A stretch of DNA of 33,067 nucleotides, from the NCBI GenBank assembly GCA_000934665.2, contig JYFJ02004320.1:1-33067 (forward strand). The letters run 5' to 3'. The position numbers and the translations under genes are program-made. The notes under the pieces are model-generated. The model was not told where the DNA came from, ran no database searches, and saw only the letters and a list, made by a program, of their open reading frames with translations. Positions 11,094-23,470 of this stretch are shown piece by piece (position 1 is the first letter of the stretch; each line of letters starts with the position of its first letter). Origin of the DNA: Catajapyx aquilonaris. Taxonomy: Eukaryota.

Positions 11094-12801
11094 TTAAAAT
11101 TCCCTCAATAACAATAGGTTCCGAATTGACTGTCCCAACCGTTTGATCTCGGTTCTGTACCAATCATGCCCGAACTTGCACAGACAGGAAGCAACAAGTG
11201 GACAAAATTCATCTCCCGACCAGACCCAATTTTTGTCACTTACCTCAATGCTGTAAGACTTCTTAATTGCAAATTTCTCTCTGCTTTTCTGTGCTTGGGT
11301 CAACATAGCTGGGCTTCTGTTGTAGCCGTAGTTTAACAGACCGAACTTGAACTCCAGCTTGGATGTTGATGTAGATACTCTTCTCCGGATAAATCTAACC
11401 TCCTTTTCTTCTGGAAATGGCGCCAAATACAGTTTCGGGCACTCCGGGGGAAAGTCAAATATATTTAAAGGTTGAATCCGGGCTCCGGATTGGCTACCCA
11501 CCCTACCCCCCCTTGCTTCCAAGAATCTTCTAGCAATTGGCTCGCACTATTGTCGATCTAACCTCCTCAACCCCCCCTCACTGCCTCCACCACCATCCGA
11601 CGCGGCCGACACTTAGTTGGGTAACGTCGCAGGAAAATCTGCGTGCCGACATGGATCGAAATCTGACCCCCCCACGGGACCAGCCACCCTAATCACAATT
11701 ATTTCTTCACTGTGATATGAAATTTTCAGGAACCAATTTACTCGCGGGAAAATTAACGTTTGGAGGAATCGTTACGTACTGCTTGTCTAGGTCTGCCAAC
11801 AGGTTCTTCAATGCAATATAAGGCGTATGTAACTAGTCCTCTTAGGGAAATCTGACCCCCCATGGGATCAGTCATAATCACAATATTATTTCTTTAGTGT
11901 GATATGAAATTTTTCAGAACCAATTAACTCGCGGGAAAATTACCGTCTGGAGGGATCGTTACGTCCAGGTTTGCCAACAGGTTCTTCAGCGGAATTAATG
12001 TAACTATAGTCCTCTGCCATATCGCTTCAACTTTATTGCCAGAAGAATGGAGGGGTAGGTAAATAAGATATTGATTCATTCGTTGATTGGACGGATTTGG
12101 AGGCATATGGAAAAGCTGGATCCCAAGAGACAGGCTTTGTGGGAGGGAAAAAAAGTCCGATTACACAGTAAATCCGTGCCTTGACTAAAGAAATTTCAGC
12201 GACGGAATGTCATATTGTAACGAGATCCAATTTCCTGCTTTTCCAGTGATTGATATCTAATACGGGGCCTTATTCGGTGGATATCAGGCAATATATAGGT
12301 ACAGGCTAAGTATCAGGACTTTCAATTAACTTTCTAGTGCCCTTGTCGCCAAAGTTCGTTCGACCTGGGCGTCCCCACCACCCCCACGAAAGAAGAAAAA
12401 ATGTCCATCGGAGGTCATCAGTCATTCTGGAAAGTCCTGATCCCTAAGGCCGTCAAATACGGAACAAGGAACTCTGCTTAGGAAAGAAACGCGAATTGAA
12501 TACGGGCTGCCTATAAAGACCAGGGACAGTCTATATATAGCCCTGATGGTATGCTTCAGGTTCAGTTTCAACTTTGAAAACCGGCCATATGTTGTAACCT
12601 CATACCAAGAGAAGAATTTCCTACGTCTTCACGTCTGGGGAATGAAATACTGAGCAAAAAGTGCAAGTCCTTTCTTGGCAAGGGGTAAAACCGGGTTCTA
12701 AATCGTGTCGATGAGTGTTGGGTGTAAAATTGCATTTTGTGACCTCCGACAGATAGGCTTTTCATGCCAGCATAAAAATGGCGACTCGTCCGCGAACTCA
12801 T
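11094..12801 (-). pseudogene. Degraded coding-like region of unknown function; longest intact piece is the 142-aa ORF 11094-11522
   Basis: The frame continues upstream through two stops (..PATLPN*..EGGLRRLDRQ*CEPIARRFLEARGG..) and parallels the 2143-2823 frame; further minus ORFs at 11924-12106 and 12568-12801. Confidence 0.45.
11658..12015. repeat. Diverged tandem duplication, unit about 170-190 bp
   Basis: Units start gaaatctgaccccc at 11658 and 11847 and share tgtgatatgaaatttt, actcgcgggaaaatta, tgccaacaggttcttca and tagtcctct. Confidence 0.92.
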
Positions 12802-13378
12802 TAAATCTCACTTACGGGAAGTCGTTTCCGGGAGCTTTTCAGATGGGGTGGAAAATAAAACGGCGCATTTTTATATATAATGCAGCAGAAATGGGGCTTT
12901 CACGGGGCTGAAAAGAGCTCCTTTCTAGAACTTCTGCCGACTCGTGTCTGATGGGCGAAAAAGGATCTCAAAACGTTACTCCTACGCTTCACTTTTGGCC
13001 AGCCTTTCAATTCGTGGACGGATGAAGCAATTCCTAATCTATTACAGATTACGGGAGTATCTGGGTCCATATATTAGGTAAAGGTACAATATGCTGTCGC
13101 AGTGCAGTAAATGGTAAAATACTTATACATATTGTGAGGTCACCCACGTCTGGAAGTCAATTTGAGATAATTATTATTTAATATTATTGGAACAAATAGG
13201 CAGTACTCATACGTATGGCTGTTTTTGTGTGTTCAGTTGGACTCAGAAGTGTTGAAGTGATGTATTTATGTTTAGATTGTGTTGTTATCTTCAAATTTTT
13301 CAAAAATTTCAGATGTAATTTTAAAACCGGCGTTAATGTGAAACGGCGTAAAATGGAGCGGCGTAAAATGGGTACTTC

Positions 13379-13430
<52 letters not shown>

Positions 13431-13704
13431 GGTAGTAGTGGTAGTAGTAATGATGATGATGATGATGATCTAATGGATACCCCGTGATAGGCCTCCTTGA
13501 GTCTTTTAGGTCTTTCCATAAACCGTCTTTAATCATTACCTGTGATAGATTTTGATTGTGGGAGGAAACCGAGAAAACCCACGCGAACGCGGAGAACCCA
13601 TCGAAACTCTATCCGCATATAAGTATCCTCTGTCCGATCCGGGGATCGAACTCGGGATGCGGAATCTGAGAGGCTGTGGCAATAACCACTACACCACCGC
13701 GCCC
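13379..13704 (-). mobile_element. tRNA-derived SINE, family B, with microsatellite tail ((AGT)n/(GAT)n on +)
   Basis: Minus strand reads gggcgcggtggtgtagtggtt (A-box)...gagttcgatccc (B-box)...cctatcacggggtatcc; matches 29722-29970. Confidence 0.9.
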
Positions 13705-15369
13705 TTTCTTGATAAAAATACCTATTTGAATAGGATGATTATATATTTATAATGACATTAATGAGTAACAATAAATATTGATGCTGAATGGGATATGGGG
13801 CAGTTTCTGATGCTGCGTCATTTCTGTCCTCGTATTTTAGAAAATAATACTGTGAACCGGTAAATTGACGCAAATTTCATGATAAACTTATTTAATACTT
13901 GCAAGTGTGTAAAATTATGAAGATAGTAATATATTATTTTTATTCTCATGCTGTGAAGGTATGGGAAGTGTGCTTATAACATTTGGGTTATAAGAAAGTG
14001 AAATTTTGATGTAGCAACAAAGATTTAAATCAGTGATAACGGTAATAACAGAAACATTATTACAGTATCTTGTAAAGCTCATGGTGAAACGTCGCGACAC
14101 GCATAGTAAGAGAATGCTGGAAATAAATTATGGTTGGAAAATAACAACTTTCGTTACCGCACTCAGTCTGTCCCTTCAGCAAATATTGGTCCATGTTTCT
14201 TGTATAAAAACCAGAAACTAATGTGTACAAGCATGCAATACAAAGGCTCAAGAGCTAACAACCACGATTTATTATTTTCATTGTGAAAATAATCGAAGCA
14301 TAATGATATTATCATATGGACAAAATTTTTAAAGTCTCGGCAGTGTGGGGCATAAGGAATCAATGGAATGTGGGGTATGTTGGGCCACATGATGCAAATA
14401 GTTGACAAGTTGTAAATCTCTAGCTTAAGGGCCCATTTCCATTTATGACCCACCAAACGAGAGATGGAAGGAAAGGAAGAAAAACCGTGTTCGTTGACTT
14501 GCACTTGAATACTAACCAACATAGTCCAATAATACACCCAGTAAATATCTAATGGTGAGAATGAGAAGGATCCAAGTCCACAGTTGCCGGATATGAGATA
14601 TTTTCTGGTGGATGTGTCGATGGGTAATCCAATGAAAATTATGTCATTTCATACCATTCACTAAAGCCACTTCATGAACAGAACATTTACCAAACCAATA
14701 TATCTGGTTTTAGAATATAAAAGTGTAATTGGGCCCTTTTCATTCTCACTGATTCGTACAAAGAGGAAATATTGCTTTTCTATTAAGTTATTCTCCATAC
14801 TCGTAGCTATGGACCCAGGTAGACCTAATAATCCAAATGGAAAATGAAACATAACCAAAACCTCTAATTTTATAATGCAATTAAGGAGAGAATACATCAA
14901 AACTTTAGTCCCTCATGAGGTCATCGCCAGAGTCGAGGATCGAACTCAGGAGATGGAAGGGAAATCTGTAACAGTGCTATCCAAAGTTCCCAGAAATAGA
15001 CATAACTCCAGTATGCAGTGACATGCCATGCATTGAGTAGATGCCTTCACGGGCTCAGAGGTGTTCCACATTCTTGTTCACACTGTATGATGAAAGGCAC
15101 TCAGCACTCCAATGATGAAAGTGGATTAATTGAAGAGATTGAGTGCCCTTCCTGTCATTTTGGCCCAAAGGCTTTGGCTTTGGAAGGTGCCCGCTTGTGG
15201 ATCATGCATCCGACATTATTGACTTTGTAGGCTACTCGAGTAATGTTCAGCTGCCTCTATTTTAATAATGATGTCACGCTCGGTCCAAATTCCCCCCGCA
15301 GATTCCCATGTCACAGTCTGTCACGCTGCTTTCAAGTATACTTACCACCTGATGTATGATACTCTATGG

Positions 15370-15431
<62 letters not shown>
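15370..15431. repeat. (ATT)n microsatellite
   Basis: About 20 perfect ATT units; source of the poly-Ile ORF. Confidence 0.95.
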
Positions 15432-15432
<1 letters not shown>

Positions 15433-15714
15433 GCACCCAAAATATTACAGTATCTAACACCGTTTTAGAAATGATGTGCAACAGCTGATCACTAAAAATA
15501 GAAAATGTGATCACTATCAACTTGCATTTTTTATAAATTGGCATATAAAAATTACCACTGCGGTTGAGCCCGTTCCCCTCACATGCTCAGTTGCATGTTT
15601 TCCCCAGGGCAGTTAGAAGTTCGTAATTCTCACATGATGAAAAGGATCACAAATCCATCATGAGCTTATGATCATCTGTCAAAAATACATGCCACACCCT
15701 GGAATAAGACGAAA

Positions 15715-16010
15715 ATAAAGCGTGACCTACATGCACACACGTGGCAGTAAATATTGGCAACTTTGAGGCCTCACCTGGATTCCCTCCTTCACTTAGCCTT
15801 AATGAACTTTCTGCGTAGCTACCATCTGGTCCATTCAATTCCCATCCGATTCCACATTTTCTTCCACTCGCTCTCTCTCCTTCTCTCACTCTCTTCACTT
15901 TTCAAGAGACAGAGGTGAATCTCATAGAAGATTCCCTTAGGTGCACTGAAACTCCGTTTCCTTTCCCCAGAGGTTTGGTGTCCATAAGACAAATTGTAGG
16001 CTGAAAGGGT
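15715..16010 (-). mobile_element. Degraded 3' end of an RTE-clade LINE ORF
   Basis: In-frame translation LSYGHQTSGERKRS..PK..W..W*LRRKFIKAK*RRESR*..YCHVCACRSR resembles the basic and CxxC C-terminus of RTE/BovB-type ORFs; the TGA stops fit CGA deamination. Confidence 0.5.
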
Positions 16011-18415
16011 GTGGAAGATAGGTGGAGGAATTCCAGGAAATATAAATAGGCTCACTGGTGTCTTGTTTATTACTCCCTGGTGTCACAGAAAATTGGTACA
16101 TTTCATACAAAAATATATGTGACTAGTTCACTTTACGGGTGATTTATGAGGCAGTAAAACACAACGGCATGGTAGATCAATTTAAGAGGTTCTGACAAAT
16201 AACAGACATTTTTTACAACACTGTAAGAAGGCGTTGTTCCATGTTAACAGCCGATATCAAAGATTACTAGTTACTCGATATGTGATAACAAAGATGTAAG
16301 GTACAGCATGCTACAGGGGATGGTCCAACAAGTACTGCTTACAGGAATGTTTCTCATATGGATGTTATCCAGCCAGTAAAAAATATCAGTACTTGTATTA
16401 GTTGACCTAACAGCTACACAAGTGGCACTTCAGCGATAGTCTGTCTCATTTATGGGGGAAAAACACAATAGTGCCTCTTTATTTGTTCTACTTTATATGT
16501 CAGAATAAAGACTTGGAGCACCTATTTTACTGCAGTAAACCTATTTTCAGCCTTTGTCTAGAACTCTAGATCATTGCTGAAGTCATTATATATTGATAAA
16601 ATGAGGTGCCAGAAAAAATAAGCAAATGCCAGCTGATACTTCAAAGGGAAGGGAAAACATTATTTGTTTAGGAATTGGTACCTTCAATTTCATATGATAA
16701 TGGTGGATACTTGATTGCTAACTTCCATTATACAAGTGGAACAGATCCCAGCAATGACTTAGCAGATGGCTCAAAACATATTTACTTAGAAATGTTTCCA
16801 ATCCTATCATTTATATATTAACAGAACTGATATTTCTTACTTGGTAACAGCTTACAGTATAGGCAACTTTTCTGTAAGTAGTGTATCTCATTGGACCTCC
16901 CCCTCCCATATAACAGATACTAACAAAAACCTTCACAACTTGCTTGAGGTAACTAAAGGTAATGTATATAAATAAGACATGGTACCACCCTGTACATGGC
17001 ACAAAATGTTGCATGTCAAGTACTACTGACATTACCGACAAATGTGTATGTTGGATTCCTTTCACAATAACAAAAAAAGGAACAATATGATTTACTTCAT
17101 TCAACAAAGGAATCGAAAAATTAGATCTGTTGCATCGAAAATGGCTCAGCACTTACACACGTCTTGCTGTGAGTTCCTCTATGAACCCAGTGATCATTGC
17201 ACGTGACCCAAACTAAGATGGCATTTTTCTTGTACCGAATATGAAACCATACCAGATGTTGCAATACCAGATGTTGCAGTACCAATCCTTGATTATCCCC
17301 TCCTTCCCATTTCTGATAGAGTTCTTACTTCAAGCAGGTAAATGTATACCTAATGCAGTAATGCGTGTAAACCACCTGTCAGCACTACAATTAGCAACAT
17401 GTAGGATCATAAAACACTATGTCGTAGGTTGTACAACACATGTACGCAACATGGTGAATATCCTGCTGATGATGTAGCTTGTGAATTACAAAGTGTGCTG
17501 CACTGCATGTGCCTGCAGAACAAACATGTCACAATGACAGGCAAGGAAATATTACTTGCATTGACTCAGTGAGCCCATTTTGGAGAGGAGCTCAGAGCAA
17601 GAAGTGCACAGATCCCAAGTAATTTTCGATGTAACATATCTTTCTTTCCGATTCCATGGTTCAATCATGCCATAAAACAGGAATGTCAAAACCTATGGTT
17701 TTGCAAGAGCCAATAACAATAAAATATAGGTCTTCCTGAAACACAACATTGAATACACAAATAATCACTAGAGATAAATAATGCCCACTTGCCATTTCAG
17801 TGTACTTGGTTTGCTCCTTACTGGTAGGTGTAGTTGCAACAGACAAAATGTAATTCCTCAGACCACAACAAAAACAAACCACGAGGACAAAGGCACACTT
17901 ACAGAACAGGGGCAGAGTAATAAACATAAGCCATTTCCACACCACTACAATATTATCGGTGTGGACAAGTAGGACACCCATGAGAAAGAAGATGTGCAGT
18001 TCGAACTCTAAATACAAAAAAATAACTCGCTGAAAACAACAACCAAAACCTTACCTAACCTAGACCTCACGATTGCCGTAATCTAAGGATGATTTATCCC
18101 TAGGATGAACTTAATCTCTGTCCAGTTAATGCTGAGATACGGAGAGCAATCCCCTTCACTGATCTACCATAGGTAGGGTATTACATACACATTGTTCCTT
18201 ATCCACTGAGTTAGAGACTTTGATAACTCTCATTAAAGTCTTCTGTGATGATATGCAAAAGTTACTTCACATTATATTCAAAATCTCTCAATTGCCTTGG
18301 AAAGGTTTCCCACACTGAGGCTGTACAGGCTGGTTGAAATTTTGCACCTGATAAAGAGTAAATTCTTATGCAACTCAGAGCGGAAAATGTACTGTCCACT
18401 CTGTCATATGAGATA

Positions 18416-18838
18416 CAGGGTGATTCCGGTAACTTTGGCAAAAATCACAGGATGGGTAGAGGCCCCATAGGCAAGTATCTTGAGCTTCAGTACCCATGTC
18501 CGGAAATGCCCCCATACAGGGGTACTGCCGTTTCCACCTTTAGTATGTTGCGCCTGGTGGGTAGGCAACCCATCGTACTCGAAGGTTGCGTTCATCAGGT
18601 TTTGCACTTGACCCTCGCAATTGTTTCCACCTTCGTCTCCTCCACATCCGACACACCTGATGAACGCAAATTTCGAGTATGGGGGTTGCCTACCCACCAG
18701 GTGCGACAGACCAAAGGTGGAAACGGCAGCACCCCGTACGGGGGCATTTCCGGGACATGGGTACAGAAGCTCAAAATACTTGCCTATGGGGCCTCTGCCC
18801 ACCCTGTGATTTTTCCCAAAGTTAACAGAATCACCCTG
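18416..18838. mobile_element. Tc1/mariner-type MITE with long TIRs
   Basis: TA|CAGGGTGATTC...GAATCACCCTG|TA; arms match over about 150 bp. Confidence 0.93.
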
Positions 18839-19136
18839 TATACATACACAGAAGTTAACAGGATGGATGATAAACATGTCTGTGCTAGACATACTTTCAT
18901 AACGCAAATATGAAAGTGACAAGAAAGGGTGCCTTAGCTCAAAGCAAATTAAAAGTCCCAAAATTATCAAATGATCAAAAAAACTAAATGACACACTGGG
19001 AAAGACTAGGGCATTACTATCCACGTTTTTAAATATTGGCCCCTCTGTTTGACTCGAAATAACTCCCCGGTAAATGATCCGAATAAATAAAGTCATGTAT
19101 CGATCGAAAGCTTGTTTAAATCTACGTAACATAATA

Positions 19137-20387
19137 AGGTAGGTGTACCAGTAGTGGACGTGTCCCATAGGTGGACGGCAGAGACTTTGAACCTAAATAA
19201 CAAGGGAACGCTGCAAAATTGTGTGGAAATGAGACACCTGGTATCATTTGACATCCCCTTCGGGTTGACTGATAACCACATATTTACCATTCAGGGAGGC
19301 GTGGTAGTCTAGTGGTTACGCCACTGGCTAGCCAAGCGGGAGGCCGGGGTTCAAATCCCGTCCCCGTCACCTCTGCTTGGCCGGGTCTTTTTCCGCTTTT
19401 CACCCGACACGCCGGGCAGCATTGCACTCCCTTAGCTGCCCGGGGCCAGAGAAAAGGTCTGGTGTATCTGAGAGAGTCGTGAGTGACTATAAACCGAGGA
19501 TGCCCCCCCTTGGGAACCTTCCCCTCCCCCCAAAACGACCTGGGTGGCTCGAGCACGGGGTAACAATACAACAATACATATTTACCATTCATGGCCTACT
19601 TAGTTAATGAGAAGCGCGTGAATATGTCAGCTCTGATTTTTGCCTTGAAATTGTGCTTTTCTTAGTGGATTCGCTAAGAGACACATAGAAAGTAAAACCA
19701 TGCAAATAAATAAGTGGACATGTTACTTCGGGTTTTTTGAGTGGAAAGGATATAAATGCTTCAAATTTTCAAAATATGATGTCCGTTTGCGTCAATCTTA
19801 TGTAAAGAAAGTTTTAGCTGGGGCATCCACTACTGGAGCCAAAAAACATTCATGTTCAAATTCTGGATGCCGTCTTGACCATTGGACAATGGGCCATAGT
19901 TGACTCGAGACTGGCCGAGACTGGGAAGCTAAAAAAAAACAAGGGAGCACGGCCATCTGGCAACGTAGATTCATCCATGTACGTGTGATAATTATTATTG
20001 TAATGGATGATTATTCAGAATAAAATTAATTACTCCATTAAGTTATACTAACCAGACATGGTGTAAAACTTACGCTTCCCTGATGATATTGACACAACTG
20101 CAGTAAACTCGGTATATGGAGGCTGTCCACAACTGGGACATGGGTGGCGTCCACAACTGGATGTCATCATTTTGGCTGTTCACAACTGGAGCATTTGCAC
20201 ACTTGCATATCAAAATATTTTACGCAGAATTAACCTGTTAATGTGGCACGAATATGCACAGGATGAAAGAGCAAGTGTCGATGATTCAAACAATATTTTT
20301 TCGAGGATTTCTTAAACTAATTCCCATGGAAAGAGTGTCTGACTTGAATTTTTTTCCCTAACCTGTCCACCTCTGGGACACTTACCT
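19137..20387. mobile_element. Non-autonomous TIR element with TA TSD (pogo-like)
   Basis: TA|AGGTAGGTGTACCAGTAGTGGAC...GTCCACCTCTGGGACACTTACCT|TA; internal repeats of the TIR motif (gtccacaactgg) at about 20125-20190. Confidence 0.75.
19294..19575 (+). mobile_element. Full-length tRNA-derived SINE, family C
   Basis: A-box tagtctagtgg, B-box ggttcaaatcc; 16-bp TSD acatatttaccattca at 19278-19293 and 19576-19591. Confidence 0.95.
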
Positions 20388-20392
20388 TATGT

Positions 20393-21129
20393 GAGTTGTT
20401 TTCCTATCATTACTGAGCAATTTTCTAGTGCAAGAAGAAGGCGGAAAGGTGTCATTTTTTGACTAGTTGCCGACGGTACGCAGGCAAGTGAATAGTTTTC
20501 TGACACTTACCGGAGGCCAAAAAAATGCCCATGGACAGTGCAGAAACTGCAGATCTTTGTCTATCTAATGATATATTTGAAACTTACAAATCGCAATTTG
20601 TGTAATCATGTCATAATTAAGTATATTGCACACCTGTTATCTCGGCCATTTCTCATCCAATCAAGCCAGAAATGTGCGTAATTAAATTACACCGGGCTCT
20701 ATTACACTAAAAATTTTAAAAGTATTTTAAAGTATCACCATCTATTCCCACCAGAAAGCAGACTGGGTACTTGCCTATTAAACTTAATAAATAGGGGGAG
20801 GCGGAGTGGCGCTGCAGTAACATTATGCGCCCATGGATGGAAGGGTACCGGGTTCGATCCCAGCCTGGGGTCTCCCCCTCTCATCTCGTGCAGAGTTGGG
20901 TCATCTCTGGCTTTGTCTCGGGTGGAATCTCCGACTAATTCACCCGGGGGAGTTCACAATATATACCATATTCAGACATTGCACTTGCACTTTGCACATC
21001 CCCGCCCAGTCACCCTGTCCGTGGGCCTGGGAGCTTCACTAAAAAGGTTCCAGCTTTGTACTGTATAATACTACACGGTATAATAAAGATCCATGCTACA
21101 TACCACGATTGAGGTCTAGCACTACCCAG

Positions 21130-21191
<62 letters not shown>

Positions 21192-21555
21192 ACTTAATAA
21201 ACCAATACTTTTAAAAGGTTTAGTGTAATATAGCATGACGTAATTTTATCATACACATTTCTGGCTTGCCATCGATACATTCGTGAAGTAATTCGGATGA
21301 GAAACGGCCAAGGTAACAGAGGTGTGCAATGTACTTAATTATGATTACACAAATGACGATTTCTAATTTCGAATATAATTATCATTAGATAAAGATCTGT
21401 ACTATCCAGGGTTCACAGGGGGATATTTTTGGACTCCAGGAAGCGTACGAAAAAAATCACTTTTCGGAGTAACGTCAGCAACTAGTCAAAAAATAACACC
21501 TCTCCGCCTCCTTCTTGCGATAAAAAATTACAGAGTGACGATAGGAAAACAACTC
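20393..21555. mobile_element. Long-TIR fold-back element with GAG...CTC termini (Sola-like)
   Basis: gagttgttttcctatc...gcaagaagaaggcggaaaggtg..tttttgactagttgc mirrored by gcaactagtcaaaaa..cacctctccgcctccttcttgc...gataggaaaacaactc; inverted similarity runs about 330 bp. Exact ends uncertain by about 3 bp. Confidence 0.75.
20792..21191 (+). mobile_element. tRNA-derived SINE, family D, with long (ATT)n tail
   Basis: B-box ggttcgatccc; similar to the minus copy at 29300-29654; TSD acttaataaa at 20782-20791 and 21192-21201. Confidence 0.9.
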
Positions 21556-21874
21556 ACATACTGTATATGTTACGTAGATTTAAACAAGCTTTTGAACAAT
21601 ATATAACTTTATTTTTTCGGATCATTTACCTGGGAGTTATTTCGAGTCAAACACAGGGGTCAATATTTAAAACAAGATTGGAAAATCGCGTTAGCGTGAT
21701 TAGAGTATACTTTTTCATGTTTACTGCTATTGTCCCCAACGTCCATCACGGGGCCGGGACTGAAACCACACATAACTCATTTTCAGCCAAAAGTAGACTT
21801 CCCCTTTACCCCTCCCTCCTCCCTCCTCCTACCCCCAGACTGCCCCTTTCCCATTCTATCCTAGTAAACCCATC

Positions 21875-22143
21875 TTTTAGACCTTTTTTCACCGTCCATC
21901 CGTCCCGTCTGTGGACAGGTATCAGGCATCATGGGGTACCGGGGGGGGGGGGNAGAGAGAGAGAGGGAGGGAGAGAGAGAGAGAGAGAGGGAAACGACTG
22001 GACTGGGTGGTCAGGGGCAGATCCAGGGAACCCAGAACCTGAAAATCAAAAAAAAGGGCATAGCACGGCTCTGTCTGTCTGATACCTGTCCACAGACAGA
22101 CAGAGCCATTCTATAAGACTTTTTTTCTTGAAAAAGTCTAAAA
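21875..22143. mobile_element. Small inverted-repeat element (HINE/DINE-like or MITE) with internal (GA)n and an N base
   Basis: ttttagacc..tttttc / gaaaaagtctaaaa ends; perfect 19-bp IR gtctgtggacaggtatcag (21907-21925) / ctgatacctgtccacagac (22079-22097); GTCY-type microsatellite; terminal hairpin 22116-22139. Confidence 0.6.
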
Positions 22144-22407
22144 TGGATAGTAGGCAATGGTGCAACATTGTGGCAGAGAATGACTGCAAGAACTACTTGG
22201 CTTCTACAGTTCTACACCTCCTATCATTCACACTGCATTTTATACCTCTACCTTTTTGTTTCATTCTGTGCCTTGGCACTAATTCTCACTGACTCTGTAT
22301 GCAACAGTGTGGTGATAAAGCTAGAAGCTCCAAGCTGCAATCATTCCCCTTACAATGTCCATTAACCACCTTCATATTCCTCTCCCTCGACACCACTACC
22401 TGATATA

Positions 22408-22853
22408 CAGGGTTCGTAAATTTAATCTACCGTCGCTTTGGGAAATGATAGAGGGCTTCTAGGCGATCACTTTGAGTATATGTAACATGGGTCTCCGACA
22501 CATAGTTACCAAGATAATTACTAATTAGCATTAAATAAAAAGTGCATTATCCCACCTTATAGGTTTCGAATACTTCTTACGACATTTCTATCGCCTAGGC
22601 CCTTCCCTGCTACACATAACAGGATTGTAAATTTAAATCAAATTACATGGTTAACGTCTTTTTAAATGAAAAAGGTAAGGTCGTGTGGAGGGACACAGAC
22701 GTCCCAGGATATTTTATACTTTGTGTTTGAAGCACATTATCTCGGTAACTATGCATCGGAGACCGATGTTGCATATACTCAAAGTGATCGCCTAGAAGCT
22801 AGAACCCATATGTCATTTCCGAAAGCAGCGCTAGATTAAATTTCTGAACCCTG
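22408..22853. mobile_element. Tc1/mariner-type MITE
   Basis: TA|CAGGGTTCGTAAATTTAATCT...AGATTAAATTTCTGAACCCTG|TA with inverted similarity continuing (cttctaggcgatcactttgagtatatg / catatactcaaagtgatcgcctagaag). Confidence 0.92.
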
Positions 22854-23046
22854 TATAATACAAGTAACAACTTCACGATTTATATGAAGAATTTCACCAC
22901 TGTGTACCAAAAATAGGGTAGTGAAAAATCCATTCAATATTGCGATACCTGCCAAATATCACACGATATAATATGCCATTATTTGCTTAACTGAAGCACT
23001 GGCATAATCTCCAAGGTTAGTAAAGGTGGTAAAGGGCAATGTTAGC

Positions 23047-23340
23047 TACCGAGGCAGTTTGGAGTAGGGGATACGGTGTCCGACTGCTAATCGGGAGGTC
23101 CTGGGATCAAATCCCGGGGCCGGCAATTCGGACCGTGGTTTTCTGTGGTTTCCCACGGTCCCGCCAGGAAAATTCCGGAGTTGTTTCCATAATTAACAGG
23201 CCACAGCCGCTTCCTTCCGTCCCTATCCCATCCCAAAAAGTGCAGTAAAATGAAAGCAAAGAGTTCCAGGCAAAAGAAAACTTCCCCCCTAAAGAGCCGA
23301 AAAAGGCTGATAACGGGGTATGAATTATTATTATTATTAT
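23047..23340 (+). mobile_element. Full-length SINE, family A
   Basis: Matches the 8987 copy; 17-bp TSD taaagggcaatgttagc at 23030-23046 and 23341-23357. Confidence 0.95.
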
Positions 23341-23470
23341 TAAAGGGCAATGTTAGCGCAGGCCACATGATCAAAACTGCAACAGTGAAGTAAAAAAAGG
23401 GGGTTCGTGAGTACAAAATAAGACAAAAATGTAGCTGCACAAAGCAACAAAAACTACGTTTTGAACTGTA

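Larger units (their letters stand above)
19033..21666. mobile_element. Fold-back MITE (arms about 19033-19133 and 21566-21666) split by later insertions
   Basis: atattggcccctctgtttgactcgaaataactccccggtaaatgatccgaa...aagcttgtttaaatctacgtaacata is the inverse of tatgttacgtagatttaaacaagctt...ttcgagtcaaacacaggggtcaatat; TTAA on both outer sides. Confidence 0.85.

Noticed and set aside
13184..13519. ORFs with poly-Leu or poly-Ser, and (AGT)n as a Maverick terminus
   Set aside because: Explained by the microsatellite tail of the minus-strand SINE.
16600..18020. Possible decayed transposase (piggyBac-like) coding remnants
   Set aside because: No motif could be read convincingly in any frame.
18265..18347. 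Candidate minus-strand exon VQNFNQPVQPQCGKPFPRQLRDFEYNVK with AG/GT ends
   Set aside because: No recognisable homology or partner exons, and gtgcaaaatttca is a common TE word.
18368..19168. Longest track ORFs (181 and 254 aa)
   Set aside because: They run through palindromic MITEs; the internal peptide repeats are mirror artefacts.
21940..21990. G-run plus N plus (GA)n as a G-quadruplex or regulatory element
   Set aside because: Contains an ambiguous base in low-complexity sequence; the assembly here is unreliable.
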